A stretch of DNA of 63,971 nt, the filler included, from Octopus bimaculoides (lineage: Eukaryota), in NCBI RefSeq assembly GCF_001194135.2. It is 8 parts of 8 records of this genome, joined end to end, with 100 filler letters (N's around TTAATTAATTAA, not from the genome) between each part and the next. Parts side by side here need not be neighbours in the genome. Positions count along the whole stretch, not along the records: positions 62,812 to 63,971 come from NC_068982.1; 7 more parts are not named here. One strand, 5' to 3'. Positions 62,712-63,971 of the stretch are shown piece after piece. The notes below the pieces were generated by a model, which searched no databases, had not been told where the DNA came from, and worked only from the letters and a program-made list of their open reading frames with translations. Numbering within the stretch: the stretch's first letter is position 1; the number at the start of each line of letters is the position of its first letter. The position numbers were made by a program, and so were the translations under genes.

Positions 62712-63971
62712 NNNNNNNNNNNNNNNNNNNNNNNNNNNNNNNNNNNNNNNNNNNNTTAATTAATTAANNNNNNNNNNNNNNNNNNNNNNNNNNNNNNNNN
62801 NNNNNNNNNNNTGGTTACGGGTTTAGTCCCACTGCATGGCACCTTAAGCAAGAGTCTTCTACTGTAGCCTCGAGCTGACCAGAGCCTTGTGAATGGATTT
62901 GGTTGACAGAACTGAAGAGAAACCTGTCATAAGTGTGTGTGTGTGTGTGTGTTTCTGTGTCTGTGTCTTTGTGTCTGTGTGTCTTTGTGCCTGTGTGTCT
63001 CTGTGTCTGTGTTTTCCCCTACTACCGTCTGACAATTGGTGTTGGTGTACTTATGTTCCCGTAACTTAGCAGTTCAGTAAAGATGACCGAAAAAATAAAT
63101 ACCGGGCTTAAATAAAAATACTGGGATCGATTCATTCGACTAAAAACTCTTCACCGCGGGGCCCCAGCATGGCTGCAGTCTGATGACTAAAACAAGTAAG
63201 AGATAAAAGTTAAAAGATGCACGCGCGCTCACACACACTGATATACACATACCAAGCGAGAAATCAATTGATTTTGCTCGAAAAATGTTCACTGTTGCCT
63301 GATGAAATGGTGTAATTTCGTAATGATGTTATGTTATGTAATATGATTAAATGAATTAATGGCCATACTATGGAAACGAGCGTAGCATAAATTGAGTTTT
63401 CCATTCACGTTCACTTGCTACATTCTAGTTATATTATATGCCACGTAATATATGCAATATTTTGTTACATAGAAAGATTTACAGGATGTTTAATACCATT
63501 ATATTATACTTAACATTGCACTGCCTACTATATTGACCGGTTGTTGATTGATTGTATTACTGTATTCCTCTTAAGTATCCTGTCAGCCAGATATATGCTG
63601 GAGTGCTATCAAGTTAATCGCTAGGATCATTTAGATATCCACTACTTGATGTATTTTGCCGAACCGCTAAATTACGGAGACGTAAACACACCAACACCGA
63701 TTATCAAGCGGTGGTGGGGGAACAAACACAGACACATATGCACATAAATATGCACAAAGACACATATGCACATAAATATATACAGGCGCGGGTGTGGCTG
63801 CGTGGTAAGAAGCTTGCTTCCCAACCACATGGTTCCAGGTTCAGTCCCACTGCGTCGTGGCACCTTGGGCAAGTGTCTTCTGCTATAGCCTCCGGCCGAC
63901 CAAAGCCTTGTAAGTGGATTTGGTAGACGGAAACTGAAAGAAGCCCATCGTATATATATATATATATATAT

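Overview
Eukaryotic, AT-rich, microsatellite-saturated animal DNA. An octopus-like cephalopod is my inference from the SINE/LINE content; it is not proven. The window is not one contiguous molecule: seven identical 100-bp linkers (N44-TTAATTAATTAA-N44) join eight pieces, and there are many other N gaps, so long-range order and orientation are provisional. Host genes I can support: (1) four spliced exons of a paxillin-family LIM gene on + (41090-50723: LD5 motif, LIM1, LIM2, first part of LIM3; both ends missing); (2) a 97-codon exon on - (19252-18962) whose core matches the N-terminal leucine motif of Dapper/Dact proteins, a family I recall being described as chordate-specific. The rest is mobile and simple-repeat DNA: R4/Dong-type LINE pieces docked on (AAT)n tracts, RTE and Tx1/L1 LINE fragments, a Tc1 and a mariner transposase relic, several MITEs and palindromes, three tRNA-derived SINE families, and Penelope-type tails carrying hammerhead-ribozyme-like motifs (best at 11983-12019). 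I found no rRNA, true tRNA genes or CRISPR arrays. Most entries in the ORF track are artefacts of microsatellites or N runs. All protein comparisons are by eye from remembered sequences; no searches were run.
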